From assembly GCA_051362555.1 (NCBI GenBank), contig CM120646.1, positions 17,236,001 through 17,300,000 of the forward strand: a stretch of 64,000 nt of DNA. The letters are read 5' to 3'. Positions 43,201 to 53,924 of the stretch are shown here, one piece after another. The notes under the pieces were generated by a model that was given only the letters and a program-made list of their open reading frames with translations, did no database searches and was not told where the DNA came from. Source of the stretch: Lingula anatina. Lineage: Eukaryota > Animalia > Brachiopoda. Made by a program: the position numbers and the translations under genes. Positions within the stretch are counted from its first letter, which is position 1; each line of letters starts with the position of its first letter.

Positions 43201-45763
43201 CTTTTTCTTTAGCAGATCGTAACTTTATTTTAAAAGTTGCATAATTGGTATACCTTAGTGATTTCAGGAAATTGTTTCCGATTTCCCTATTTTAAGGTCT
43301 TACGCTTATTCTGTGCCTTTCATAATACTTTAAACTTAGAATACAGATACTTTCTAGTGCATGTTACCGATTGTTTATTATTTTTTGTCTTTTGTTGTTT
43401 ATTCCCTACTCTGCTCCTTTCATCATTTTTTATTCTAAAATTTTTATTCTGTACTTCAGCAACGTTTTATGTGGGTAAACGAGTGGCCTCTCGACTACAC
43501 CAACTGGGCAGAAAACGAGCCCCGGACTGGCAACGGGGAGGCCTGCGGCGTGATGAGACCTGACGGGAAGTGGCAGAACTCCGTCTGCCACGACAAGTTC
43601 CCGTTTATCTGCATGACAACAACAGGTATCTTGAGGGAATATATTGTTATCTATGAGGAAAATATTGTTGTCTTTGAGGGATGTTTTATTTGTGAGGAAT
43701 ATATTGTCATCCATGAGGAATGTGCAGAAGGAATTACACTGTAGAAGCACAGAACATAATGCTCCCGCGCCATCAAACATGTTTAGAACGTTCTTTTAAT
43801 ACCTTCACTTCATGCCTAATATTCGCCTCACTATGTTTATGCTTCTTACATGTAAAATTATATATCCATATGAATTATTCACACCTTTTTTTTTTAATTT
43901 CTGCGGTGGCGTCCTGACTTACATTAAACAATGGCACTATCTGCATCATGCCTGATCTCACGAATATTGCCATTAATTTCAAGAGAATTTTTCCTGAATA
44001 TTACCGTATTATTTTCCATATCCTCAATATAACATGTACGGTAACTCAGTCCTCTATATCTCCGCAGTACCAGCCCCCACCACGGTCACCCCCATGCCAG
44101 GCTGGTGCCCAGACGCTCCCGAGGGTCAGCCCTGGCTGGAGTACGGGACGTCCTGCTTCTACTACAACTCCAACGCCTACGAGAACTGGGCCGAGGCAAA
44201 CTTTGAGTGCTACAAACGAGGAGGGCACCTGGCCTCCTTTGCCAATCAAGATGAAAGCGATTTCATTTTCGGTCTTTTGGAGAATGAGGTTGGACCGAGA
44301 AATATGTGGATTGGTCTCGTTAGGAGGACTAATACAGGTTTGTTTGTGATTTAATGTGATGGCTCACGGGGACAGATTGAGGATCCGTTGTTTGTCTGTT
44401 ATAATTTTCTTCAAATACATTTTATATAAAGATTTTTCTTAGAGGTTATGTTTTCACCTCTAAAATCAGTTTAATTTTAGCCAATTGCTTAACACATTCG
44501 AATTTGAACGAGGAAAATAAAAATAATAATGGATAGGTTACTGGTTCCAGCGCCATTGTTTTTATTGGTTTAGGGCAACAGTCATTCGCCAACTTGTTCA
44601 GCAAAACACAATTTAAATGATACCATTGAATAATCCCCATATATTGCAGTATCTGTAACATTTGAATCTTATTTAAATGTTTTCGTTTTAAAATTACAGA
44701 TCCCTTTGAATGGTACGATGGATCAACCGTGGACTTCACCCACTGGGCCCAGGGCGAGCCCAGTAATAATGGCGGGAACGAGAACTGTGTGGAGTATCGA
44801 GCCGACACCGGAGAGTGGAACGACAACGACTGTTCCGTCAACATGGGCTTCATTTGCAGCACACCAAGAAGTGAGGAAATGTGGATTTATTTCAAAATTG
44901 ATCATATTAGATATCAATTAATTTATTTTTTTTTCTTTTTGAAAGATCACACGATACTTATAACTCCTGCCATTCCTTTTCAGTAATCCCCACTACCTCT
45001 ACTACAACAGTGAGTACCACACTCGGGACGGGTCCTACTCAGTCGTCTCAACCAGGGGGCAGCACTGCTGCTTCCACACTGGCACCATCACCAGTGGTGC
45101 CTGAGAAGCAAGCTGGGAACAAACCAGACAGCACAACGGAAGGTACTTATCAAAATTTTGAAGGAAAAACTGGGTGTATTTTTGTGGTGAACGCATGCAG
45201 TCATCCAGTTGACAATTTTAGGACGCAAAATACCTCTTGTTTTTCTTCAGCGTTAAACTGCTGACGAAGTGCATATTGCCTCATTACATTAAGAATCCAC
45301 ATAAATTGAATAAAAGCCAAGTGTCCTTGATTTTATTTATCTGTCTATTTATTTATTTTTAGATAATATTTGACACCATAATGATTATAAAAATGTGTTT
45401 TTCACAGAGCACATTTCTCATTTAATAATAAACAACCACAAATTAACCCAGCAGTATTTTCAAACACATAACTTGTCTACTTTACAGCACTATGCGATGC
45501 ATGAGAAAAGTCCTGTCTTCGTTCTATTTGTTGTAGGTGTTGGTTTGACCGGTGGTAATGTCGTTGGCGTGATCATCTTGTGTGTTGTCATTGTGGCTCT
45601 CCTAGCTATCATTGCCTATGTGGTGCGTAAGCAGAGGCAGCAGTCAGGCGTCCTGGCTTTCTACAGTTCAGAGCATGCGGACAAGGTTCAGCTGTCGGGG
45701 TCAAGGTCGAGCATGGAGAATCCTGTGTATGACATGTATAACTCAGACTCTGATAAACCATAG
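16195..45763 (+). CDS. Giant type I membrane C-type lectin receptor (macrophage mannose receptor 1-like), 17 CTLDs, ~56 coding exons, ~2645 aa
   Basis: Signal peptide exon 16195-16252 ([19 protein letters not shown]). Phase-compatible GT-AG exons follow: 18914-19074, 19551-19690, 20079-20221, 20928-21018, 21546-21675, 21978-22087, 22407-22516, 22794-22923, 23210-23292, 23544-23672, 24259-24360, 24770-24928, 25317-25396, 25606-25759, 26160-26195, 26463-26633, 26921-27040, 27564-27674, 28148-28198, 28481-28660, 28872-29035, 29534-29647, 29920-30038, 30207-30361, 30575-30777, 31000-31133, 31533-31753, 32384-32428, 32860-33038, 33340-33404, 33572-33672, 34118-34252, 34621-34755, 35174-35331, 35581-35680, 36044-36288, 36644-36809, 37069-37329, 37705-37872, 38196-38266, 38628-38767, 39052-39104, 39218-39439, 39776-40019, 40619-40734, 40926-41060, 41621-41749, 41961-42109, 42394-42502, 42872-43131, 43460-43625, 44068-44337, 44700-44870, an S/T stalk at 44984-45142, and TM plus tail at 45537-45763 (NPVY). 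CTLD motifs C..GW...CY, WIGL, W..GEPN and WND..C recur throughout. Confidence 0.93.
16692..16867. mobile_element. CAG-ended MITE, family C, 5-bp TSD CTATA (lectin gene intron 1)
   Basis: Termini CAAGCCCGTAGCC...GGCTACGGGCCTG. CTATA at 16687-16691 and 16868-16872. Confidence 0.8.
17869..18007. repeat. Perfect 70-bp tandem duplication
   Basis: GTAATGGTTAGGGTGGTAAATGAC...TAGATATATCCAT occurs at 17869 and 17939. Confidence 0.95.
19332..19429. repeat. Near-perfect 98-bp hairpin in lectin gene intron 2
   Basis: Two 47-bp inverted arms (GACGAAAGATGC...TTAAATA / TATTTAATG...TTTCGTC) with 5 mismatches and a 4-nt loop. Confidence 0.9.
21328..21401. repeat. (TA)n microsatellite
   Basis: Seen directly. 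Confidence 0.95.
21705..21933. repeat. (CT)n/(CA)n compound microsatellite
   Basis: Seen directly. It explains several spurious ORFs in the track. Confidence 0.95.
34280..34560. repeat. (ATGGT)n / ATGAC-type pentanucleotide repeat containing a decayed copy of the preceding exon end
   Basis: (ATGGT)n at about 34343-34395. Positions 34431-34500 resemble 34201-34265. Confidence 0.8.
40130..40220. repeat. (TA)n microsatellite
   Basis: Seen directly. Confidence 0.95.
41094..41269. mobile_element. PIF/Harbinger-type MITE (TSD TTA) in a lectin gene intron
   Basis: TTA|GGCTG...CAGCC|TTA. Internal inverted pair TGGACTAACTAG..TGGATCAAATATG / CATATTTGATCCA..CTAGTTAGTCCA. Confidence 0.75.
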
Positions 45764-46889
45764 TACGTTACGGTGTTTAATGTAAGAGTAAACCAGTCCT
45801 GAAAATGCTTGTCCCTCAGATATCAGAGAGACTTCAGAAAGACTCAGAGAGACTTAACTTTAAGAGAGTGTAAAAGGTTTCTAAGAAGTTTAATCCATCT
45901 GCCTTTTGCCGTTTTCTTAATTATAGGACACCAGTTAGGATTAAAACCTCTGATCTCGGGATTTGCATATGTAATGCATGTGCGTCTTTCCTATCATTAT
46001 ATTCCTGTGACAATTGTATGTACTTAATGTATTTAATTGGCTGAATAAGCATAACTTTTATTATTATTATTACTAAGAAAACAAAAACTATAAAAAAACT
46101 TTTGAACATGTCTTCTTTTCTTCAAAAAAGGTAGAAAAAAGTCTTTAAGACCTGTGACACCGTGCTATACAGGCAAATACTTAACTTGGCATTAGAATAC
46201 CCTCATATCAAGGTTTTCTAAAGTACTGAACAAATTTAAATATCAGAATAAAGTATCAGTGAAGCAATAATTTTGCAACAAACTAACGACTTCGATCCTA
46301 TTGAAACCATCGGTCTCCGTAAATGTTTTATGGAATATTTCAGGTTCAAAGGTATGCCCAGGTAAAAATGCGTTCTTTTTTCAAGACACTCAGATCCCAC
46401 ATAAAGATATGTGAATTGAGAAGTGTATACTCAAGTGTGTCGCCGATGCCTGGAATATTTTTCCAAATTAAACTCTGAAAACCATGCATGCGTTGGTAGC
46501 AGCCAGATGAGTGCAGACGCAACAGTGGCCGTCGCTCTTTTGACTGCTTAAGGGGTACAGGTGAAATCTGAGCTCAATAAAGAAAACTAGACGCTGACGT
46601 GAAGCTTCTTTGTGGGGCGTGTAACTCTTTTACTGAAGATAATTTGGAAAAATTTGTAATAGTTGTAATACTTTTCATAGTTGTCATATGAATTAGGAAT
46701 GTTTTTTTTTTTTTTTTTTTTGCATCACTGACTGATTAAACACAAATTTAATCCTTATTTTCATTTATCAGTCAAAAAATAGGAAAAATCTGATGAAAAT
46801 GAATTACAAAAAAAATCCATATTGAATGTCACATCGGTATATCAAATCCCTTTATCAGATGTCTTCATACTACATGCATTATTAACTAT

Positions 46890-49800
46890 TTAAACAAAAT
46901 CTCCGCAGAAGACACAAAATTTGTTCAGAAGGTAACTACACAGTGTTCCAGGTGCGGTGGCCATTGTATATCCTTGGGAAAACTTATTATATAAATGCAC
47001 CGCAAATGACTCAGTATGCACTACATGTAGAAGATCAAACGTGCTGTTTTCAATGAAACAGGTTTTCGTTATATTCTGATATTCTATTGGGTAAAATGAT
47101 TGCTGATATAAACGTCTCACAATGCAGGACTTATTTGTTTGCAAATCTTCAGCACTGTCGACGTCACACACCCACGTGGGATGTCTTCTCGCCACGCGCG
47201 TGAGGAGTTTTGGTCCATTTGCACCCCAAACTGTTTGATTATAGTTGTCTAAGAACTCTTTTATACACTCACGGAGAAAAGGATTGTGCTTATCAAACTT
47301 GAGAACAGCCCCATTTAACATGGACTTAGCTGTGTTTTCAAATGCAGTTACATTATTCAGATCTTTTAAACTCTTAACTAAAATGACGTCAGTGTCCATA
47401 TAAATGCCACCATACAGATAAAGCAAAACAATCCTTATCAGGTCGGTCTCGTGACTATACCAAAATTTTCCTTTTGAAATAACTGGTATTCTTTTCAAAA
47501 AAGTTTTCGAGCAATTTGTAAAAGTTTGTGAATCCAGATTTTGAATGTTCTTTAGTAAATTTCTTAGGGTGTAGTTTTCCACCTGTACATGAAAGCCTGC
47601 TTCAGAAAACGCAGAAACCTTGTTATGTGACAGAATATTGCTTAAAATGCGCACTCTCGCGTTGGGATGGTGGTAAAAAATACTCTCGAGTGAACGTCGA
47701 TTCCTCTGCGTCAAGTCAGACGATGTGTAAACCTGAAAGAACGTCAACACACTGCTTTTCTTATCTTCAAATCGCCTTAATGATTTTAAAGGAACTGTCC
47801 CAAAGGTAATCGCTATTTCTCGAAATGCAGGAAATTTTCTAATCTCGTGCCACAGTGTGGCGCGGAAGCGAGCAAAATTTTCACGCTTTATGTTTTCTGG
47901 TTTGTCCCAGTTAAAGTTTTCCAACCCCTTGAATGACGTCATCATTCTGTCCACCGTTACTGTATGGAAAAGTTTAGTTAAACCTTCTGATCGATTGCCT
48001 CCTCCACCAGGTAAGACATCCGTTTCCACAAACACCACTGGAATTCCCATGGCAACGCACGGAAGAGCGCAATGAATGCGTGACGTCAAAACCAGTTTTG
48101 CGCGCGAATATAGTTCCATTAAATGGTGTGCTGCTTCATAGCGCGCTATTCTGTCAAATTTCATCGAACTGGGCAAGTTATGGGTAACAGTAATTGCCGA
48201 TTTTCGTATGTGATAAGGAACAATTAATTCCAGAGCTCGCTGATCCACGTCAACGACAAGAACGTCCTCTCTTGTAATTTCCAGATTAGGATTATGCATC
48301 AAAAGTGTCAAACAGGCCGACATATACACCAAATTTTTTTTATCTCGTAAAACTCTGAATGTGTTTTCATCACGAGCTCCTACAGGGCCATGGTTTTTCA
48401 GGTAATTCTCCCCAGATACAGTTAATAGCTTATTCCAGAAATTTGGTCCAAAATACATCGATAACATTAAAGGATTAAGATTACCTTTTGGTGGCCATAT
48501 CATGTCAGCAGAGTTATACCATGCGTTTAGAAATATCGTAATTGTTTCATTGGGGTTATTGGCTTGGCTGGAGACAGTGGACCCTTTCCTTAGCTTAGCT
48601 TTAGCTTCAAAATTGCCATCGCCAACTTCGCTTTTGGTCAAATAAAAAGAGCTATTCTTTAGATTACTGTGAGTTATAAATCTGGTGTATTCTGTCACAC
48701 TGACACATTTGGCATCATTGTCTGACGGCGCATGAGTCTCTATACATGTGACGTCCCATGTGTCACGGTCCACAAATCGATCAACAAAAGGAAGAAACTG
48801 GAGCGCTGCTAAGGTCTGAATCTCATCTCCGGCGTTTATATCTTTTGCCACAGTAGCTCGATGATCAAAAGTCAATACCCCATAGTGGTCACGTCGAGAG
48901 AAATTTAACACATGTTCTCGAGGACCCACTTCAACTTGTCTATTGTCTAGCTGGCTTAGAACTCTTGAACTCAGCAATATCGAATCAGTGTCCCATTTTT
49001 GGATTTGACTTCTACTTTGGCTAGTATAAGCCAACTGAATCACAGCCATGGCATTTTTGATGAACGGAGAACGTCGTTCAAATCTGGATATCGAAAACAT
49101 ACTCTCATTACCCACCCATTCACCCTTGAAATATTCATCTGGTAACTTTGACGTCATTATTGACTGCATATCTATGTACACCCCACCAAATGTCCACAGT
49201 GCGAGTAAAACACTTATTTCATGCACGAGTACTTGAAATCTACGGCCCATGAGCAATTTGAGAATCGCTGACCTGGAAACGAAATCGTCCAGAGGTGTAT
49301 CCTTTGCTAACGTAGGCAACAGTAACCGCAGGGATTTCCCGTGTTTCCATAGCTTGCCGTCTATTTGATTCATACATTCACTACTTCCACATACAAAAAC
49401 CAGACTTTTCTCACGATTTAACTTGACAAACGTGTCTATTTTATTCATTAACGCTTGCGGAATTGCGGTGTAGTGCGACCACAACATGACAACGTCTGAG
49501 GTCGTATTTGAATTTTGACTAAATTGATGAGCTGTGGTTAACGAACCCCCTTTGTGGAATGTTGACACGGATGGCTTGGGTTCGTATATTGTTGGCATGG
49601 CAGCCGGCAATAAACGAAGAAAACCTTGATTCTCCAGGTGTATGATTTCTCCTGAAGATGACTTGACGGGCGGCGGTTTTACGCCCACAGTGTGAATTTC
49701 GTGAAGATTTTCTTTTACTGGTGATACGCCAGAGCCAGCCTTGCCAACCGGTGGTACAATAGCAACTATCTCTTCAGCTAAGTCTGTGGCTTGATCTCTC

Positions 49801-51036
49801 GATAGGCCATCTGAAATGAAACAGACTGATGCACACACGGAGGTATTTCTGATAACTTACGTCGCATTCTAGGATTTACCAACTTATAATAACTCATCAG
49901 GACCGGGACTGTTGGAGGCGTACCGTTGCATGTGCCACGGCGGGTCAGCCTTGAACCTTCCGTCTCTGATGATGATGAATAACTTAGGGGCCATTCAGAA
50001 TTTAAGATCCGAGTATCAACTGGTCCAAGGCTCAAATATGGCGGACCCTACATGAAAGGAAGATCGCTTAATCCTGTAATGATCTCTCCGCCTCTCACGC
50101 GCCTCCCTATGCGTCTGGTAGAATGGAGCCAAGATTAATTACTGTGCCCCTGCAGGGATGACGCGTGGGGAGGCGGAGAGACCATTACAGGATTAAGCGG
50201 TCTTCCTTTCATGTAGGGTCCGCTATAATTGAGCCTTGGACCAGTTGATACTTGGATATTTCATTCGGAATGGCCTCTTATACACGTTATTCGTATAACA
50301 TCCTGCATATATAATCTCTCCTTCATGTTTTCGATGTGAATAAGAACGGGGTCGCCTGAACAGAATACAATCAAACTGTACATTTTAATCGATAAAAAAT
50401 TAAAAACACTCTGCAGGGGATTAACCCGCCAAAATGAATTTTCACGAAAAAAAATCCTAGTTATTACTGCACTATCTCTGATAGTGCTTGTCAAATATAA
50501 AATTCTTGTTCAAAATAGAAATTCGCATGTAACAAATCTTATCCAATGTTTCATATTTTTATAGAATTTTATTTTTGAAATATATAATTATATGTTATGT
50601 ACAATGTCACCTCTCTTATCAATGTTTTCAAAATAAACACACAGGAGAGCACTTCTTTTTCTATTTTTATGTGGTTACGATTTCATTATGAATGTTTATC
50701 ATCGTTGAAAACAAAATTTGATTCTGCTTGTGGTATTTCTGGCTCTTCTCGTACTAATGTCAAGTTGAGAATAGCTTTCTTGGACTGAGAACTTTCAAGG
50801 TACAGTGCATATGCACCGGCCATTTCTACTTTAAAATTATCTTTAGAGCCTTACAGCTGGATAAGCTGTTGAAATATTGAATTACGATATTAACTGTTAA
50901 GTTCCCATTGGAACTTTACCTTACCTATAAAAAGAAATATCAACATGTGAACCAATGCCGCAGCCACTAACAGCAACAGTAGAGCGACTGTTCTCTTACG
51001 ACGTCTACACATTTTGGCCACCATCTCTGCATACAT
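46890..51036 (-). CDS. Type II membrane tri-domain glycan-modifying enzyme, paralog B (degenerate GT32 + polysaccharide pyruvyl transferase-like + GT32), ~1010 aa
   Basis: Exon 1 (ATG at 51036, 51024 or 51012, to 50925) encodes RRRKRTVALLLLLVAAALVHMLIFLFI, with donor G|GTAAG. The main exon (49810-46890) has an in-phase acceptor (tttcag|AT). There is a possible extra in-frame exon at 49965-49861. Motifs match paralog A (NAGDEIQTLA, GARD, SACLTL, TSRIHCALPCVAMGIPV, YGGIYMDTD), and both end in FCVFCGDFV. Confidence 0.9.
49987..50277. mobile_element. Palindromic PIF/Harbinger-type MITE (TSD TTA) in paralog B intron
   Basis: Inverted arms of about 130 bp (GGGGCCATTCAGAAT... / ...ATTCGGAATGGCCTC). 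TTA at 49984-49986 and 50278-50280. Confidence 0.85.
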
Positions 51037-51599
51037 CGGTTGACAATGGATGATAAAATTGGGAAAGGGTAAAAACCTCGCCTGGAAGTGGCGTAAGTGT
51101 TGTCTTCCCAATGTTAACTCAAATTTGGTGACGCGTAATGGTGACTGACGTCTTTCTCCGTCCATCTGTATTCCACCCCTTCTTTAAAGCACTCTCCTGT
51201 CAAAAGACAATAGGCCGCGCCATGCTTTATTTCGTGTAAAGTCACGCCATCCACGAATGCGTGCCACTCACCAGTGCATGGAACTAGGTAATACAACATG
51301 TAGGACGGTCGCTGGGCTTTTAGCACTAATCAACTCACGCAGGAAAAAGATGAACACGTAGAAGTAGAATTAAACAAATTCAAGTTTTATAGCATACTTT
51401 CTCCAGTAATCACGCAGAAAAGAAGACGACAAGAAATTAGTAGAAATGAACATTTCAAGTTTTATTTCATACTTGCAGATATAACAATTTACAGAGGTTA
51501 CTGCAACAAAAGTTAGCTTTCATATTTTACATTTCCTACACCTCTAGTGTGATTTTCTTTGAATTTTTGACCAATACAACTTAAGGAATCTGAGTTCCA

Positions 51600-52590
51600 A
51601 GTAAGGCTTTTCCTCCATGGTCGTGCAACTTTCTTCATTAGGATGATACCCAGCTTCGAGCGGTCCATCTTTTAAACAAGGGAAGGGCCAGTGGGGATGT
51701 TTCATGGCTAAGATCTAATAAACGGTATATTACATCTTAGTTCATGGTGAGGGACTTAACATTTGCCGTTCACTAAACAGATTTACGGCCCATTTGGTAC
51801 TTGCTTGCGTTGTGTTTGGTATTCTGGGCTTTACGATAAATAGAGCAGATAATATTGTCTCGGTTTCGCCTCGCCAATTATTTGCTCTATTTCTCGTAAA
51901 GCTCAGCGCCTCGTACTTTGTGGATACCATAGTCTATAGGGTGTCCTTTGATATTGTTTCAAACCATTTCCATTTTTGCAAGGGTAATTTCTGGTTAAAA
52001 ACTTTGCTAAATGAAATATAAATTGATAAATATTGAAGACCGATAACCACACTAAATGTGCCAAATTTTCATAAGTCGTCGGTAAAAGGCATAACTCTTT
52101 GGCCCTTCGGAACAATGTATACCTTCTAACCAATAGGAAGGCCTATATTGCCGGTACTAAGTAATAGATAGACCCAGAGTCAGCGAGGGTTATGTGGCAT
52201 GCACGAGTGCGTAGCACGAGTGGATGTCACATAACCCCCGCTGACCAGGGCTCTATCTTATTTAGACCACGGTCCATGAACGGGTTATAACGCATTCATG
52301 CGAGACGTGCGGTTATGCGAGTTACACCAAGACCCCATTTCCAGAGATTAGATTGATCTACTTTAGATCGACCTAACTCCCTGGGGGTTCACGCTAAACA
52401 GCTGTCAGCCGGGCGGACACGAAAGTTAATTACCCCCTTACAGCTTGTAGTAGGCGGGACGGACATTTAAGCCGGATTATCTGACAGTAAGCTAGTGAGA
52501 CTCCCCGCGGGGATAGATCGATCTAAAAGCTCTGGGAATACAGCCCAAGTCTGAGTGTTTTTGTTCTTTACTTCCACCGTGGTCTAAGGC
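51600..52590 (-). mobile_element. Crypton-like (tyrosine recombinase / DUF3504-type) relic with palindromic modules
   Basis: The minus-strand peptide IPNTTQASTKWAVNLFSERQ (about 51765-51825) resembles the N-terminal 'NT..STKWAVN.F.EW' motif of Crypton-derived proteins, and stops follow. Hairpins lie at 51830-51900 (centre CTCGGTTTCGCCTCG) and 52164-52261 (centre GCACGAGTGCGTAGCACGAGT). TTAGACCACGG (52262) and CCGTGGTCTAA (about 52577) form an inverted pair. Boundaries are approximate. Confidence 0.5.
52331..52545 (+). mobile_element. PIF/Harbinger-type MITE, family A copy 3 (TSD CAA)
   Basis: Homolog of 1292-1515. CAA at 52328-52330 and 52546-52548. Confidence 0.85.
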
Positions 52591-52712
52591 TAATTTGGCC
52601 TTGGCGTATTTGAAGGGACTTGGCTTGGTTGGTCAGCAGCAGTCACTTGCGCTCTTCTGCCATTCCTATGATAGTAACGATCGAGTTCACAAAAGAGTAG
52701 TTGTCAATCTAA

Positions 52713-52942
52713 GGCTCTGTTCTCACAACTTTTAGATCGATCTATCACCGCGGGGAGTCTCACTAGATTACTGTCAGATAATCCGCCTTAAGTGTCCGTC
52801 CCCGCCTACTACAAGCTATAAGGGGTAATTAACTTTCGTGTCCGCCCGGCTGACAGCTATTTAGCGTGAACCCCCAGGGAGTTAGGTCGATCCAATGTAG
52901 GTCGATCTAATCTATGAGAATGGGGTGTATGAGAATGGGGTG
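52713..52942 (-). mobile_element. PIF/Harbinger-type MITE, family A copy 4 (inverted, TSD TAA, 15-bp terminal duplication)
   Basis: Near reverse complement of copy 3. TAA at 52710-52712 and 52943-52945. TATGAGAATGGGGTG is repeated twice at the end. Confidence 0.85.
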
Positions 52943-53924
52943 TAACTGCTTCTATTGGCTGGTCAACTCACCACATTGATAGAAACAAATTCTAGTCTAA
53001 ACGTTCGAATCATGGCATATTGGCAAGGAATATGAAGTTAGCGGACCCCAAAGTAATTGTATTGGGGGCACTTTGGACTATAACACCTCAAATGTTTTAC
53101 ACTCGCATGTTCATTTCTTAGCGAATTTTCCAGCCCACACCATATGGGCTACTACTTGACAACGCTCGATAGATGTGATGTTTCTAATGCCGATTTGGTT
53201 GCTATGGGCACTGTATGCCAGCCCGTATCTATCAAAGATGCGCCAAAAGCAGTATTGATCGTGGTAGAAAAAAGGAGATTGCATGAACTATATTTACTGA
53301 ACTAATTAGAAAGACTTCAACATACTCTGTTATCCAGTCATTTATTTCGTCGTTATTAGGATTGTTTGTAGGTATAGTATAGCTTTGACCCAAGAATAAA
53401 CTGGGCACATTTATTTCCCCAATTCCCTACTGAGTGCTCTAATAAATCATCACGACTAAGTAATTAAAGTCGCCTCGATAAAAGTCCCACCTTCATTATT
53501 TCCACCTGTTCAGGAAGTGTGACTCGGGTCGATTTTTCTCCTTCTAGAACCATCCTTATATTTTGGCAAGGCACGGGACTTTTCTTTTTCTTTTTCCTTT
53601 TTTTTTAAGAGACATACAGAAAAATCTTATTAGCTTTTTATTTTGTATATATAACACTAGCACTCCTTTCTCATATTGAAAGTGAACCTCTTCTTCATTA
53701 TGAAAAACTTCACATTTTTTCAAATGCCTTATTTATTTATTTATTTATTTATTTATTCTTGGAAAGGGGGGAGGACACCCAATAACCGATTCTATGTAGT
53801 TCGTTCCTTGTAAAATAGGCCTACCAAGAAGACGGATGGCTAGGTACAGGTAGGTAAATATTCTCAAATTTGCCATAATGCGGTAATGTAGTCTACCAAA
53901 TTCCTATCAGATTCAATCCCACTA

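Noticed and set aside
49811-49838. ORF-track N-terminus MCASVCFIS of the 982-aa ORF
   Set aside because: GTG start inside a polypyrimidine acceptor region. The real N-terminus is on the exon at 50925-51036.
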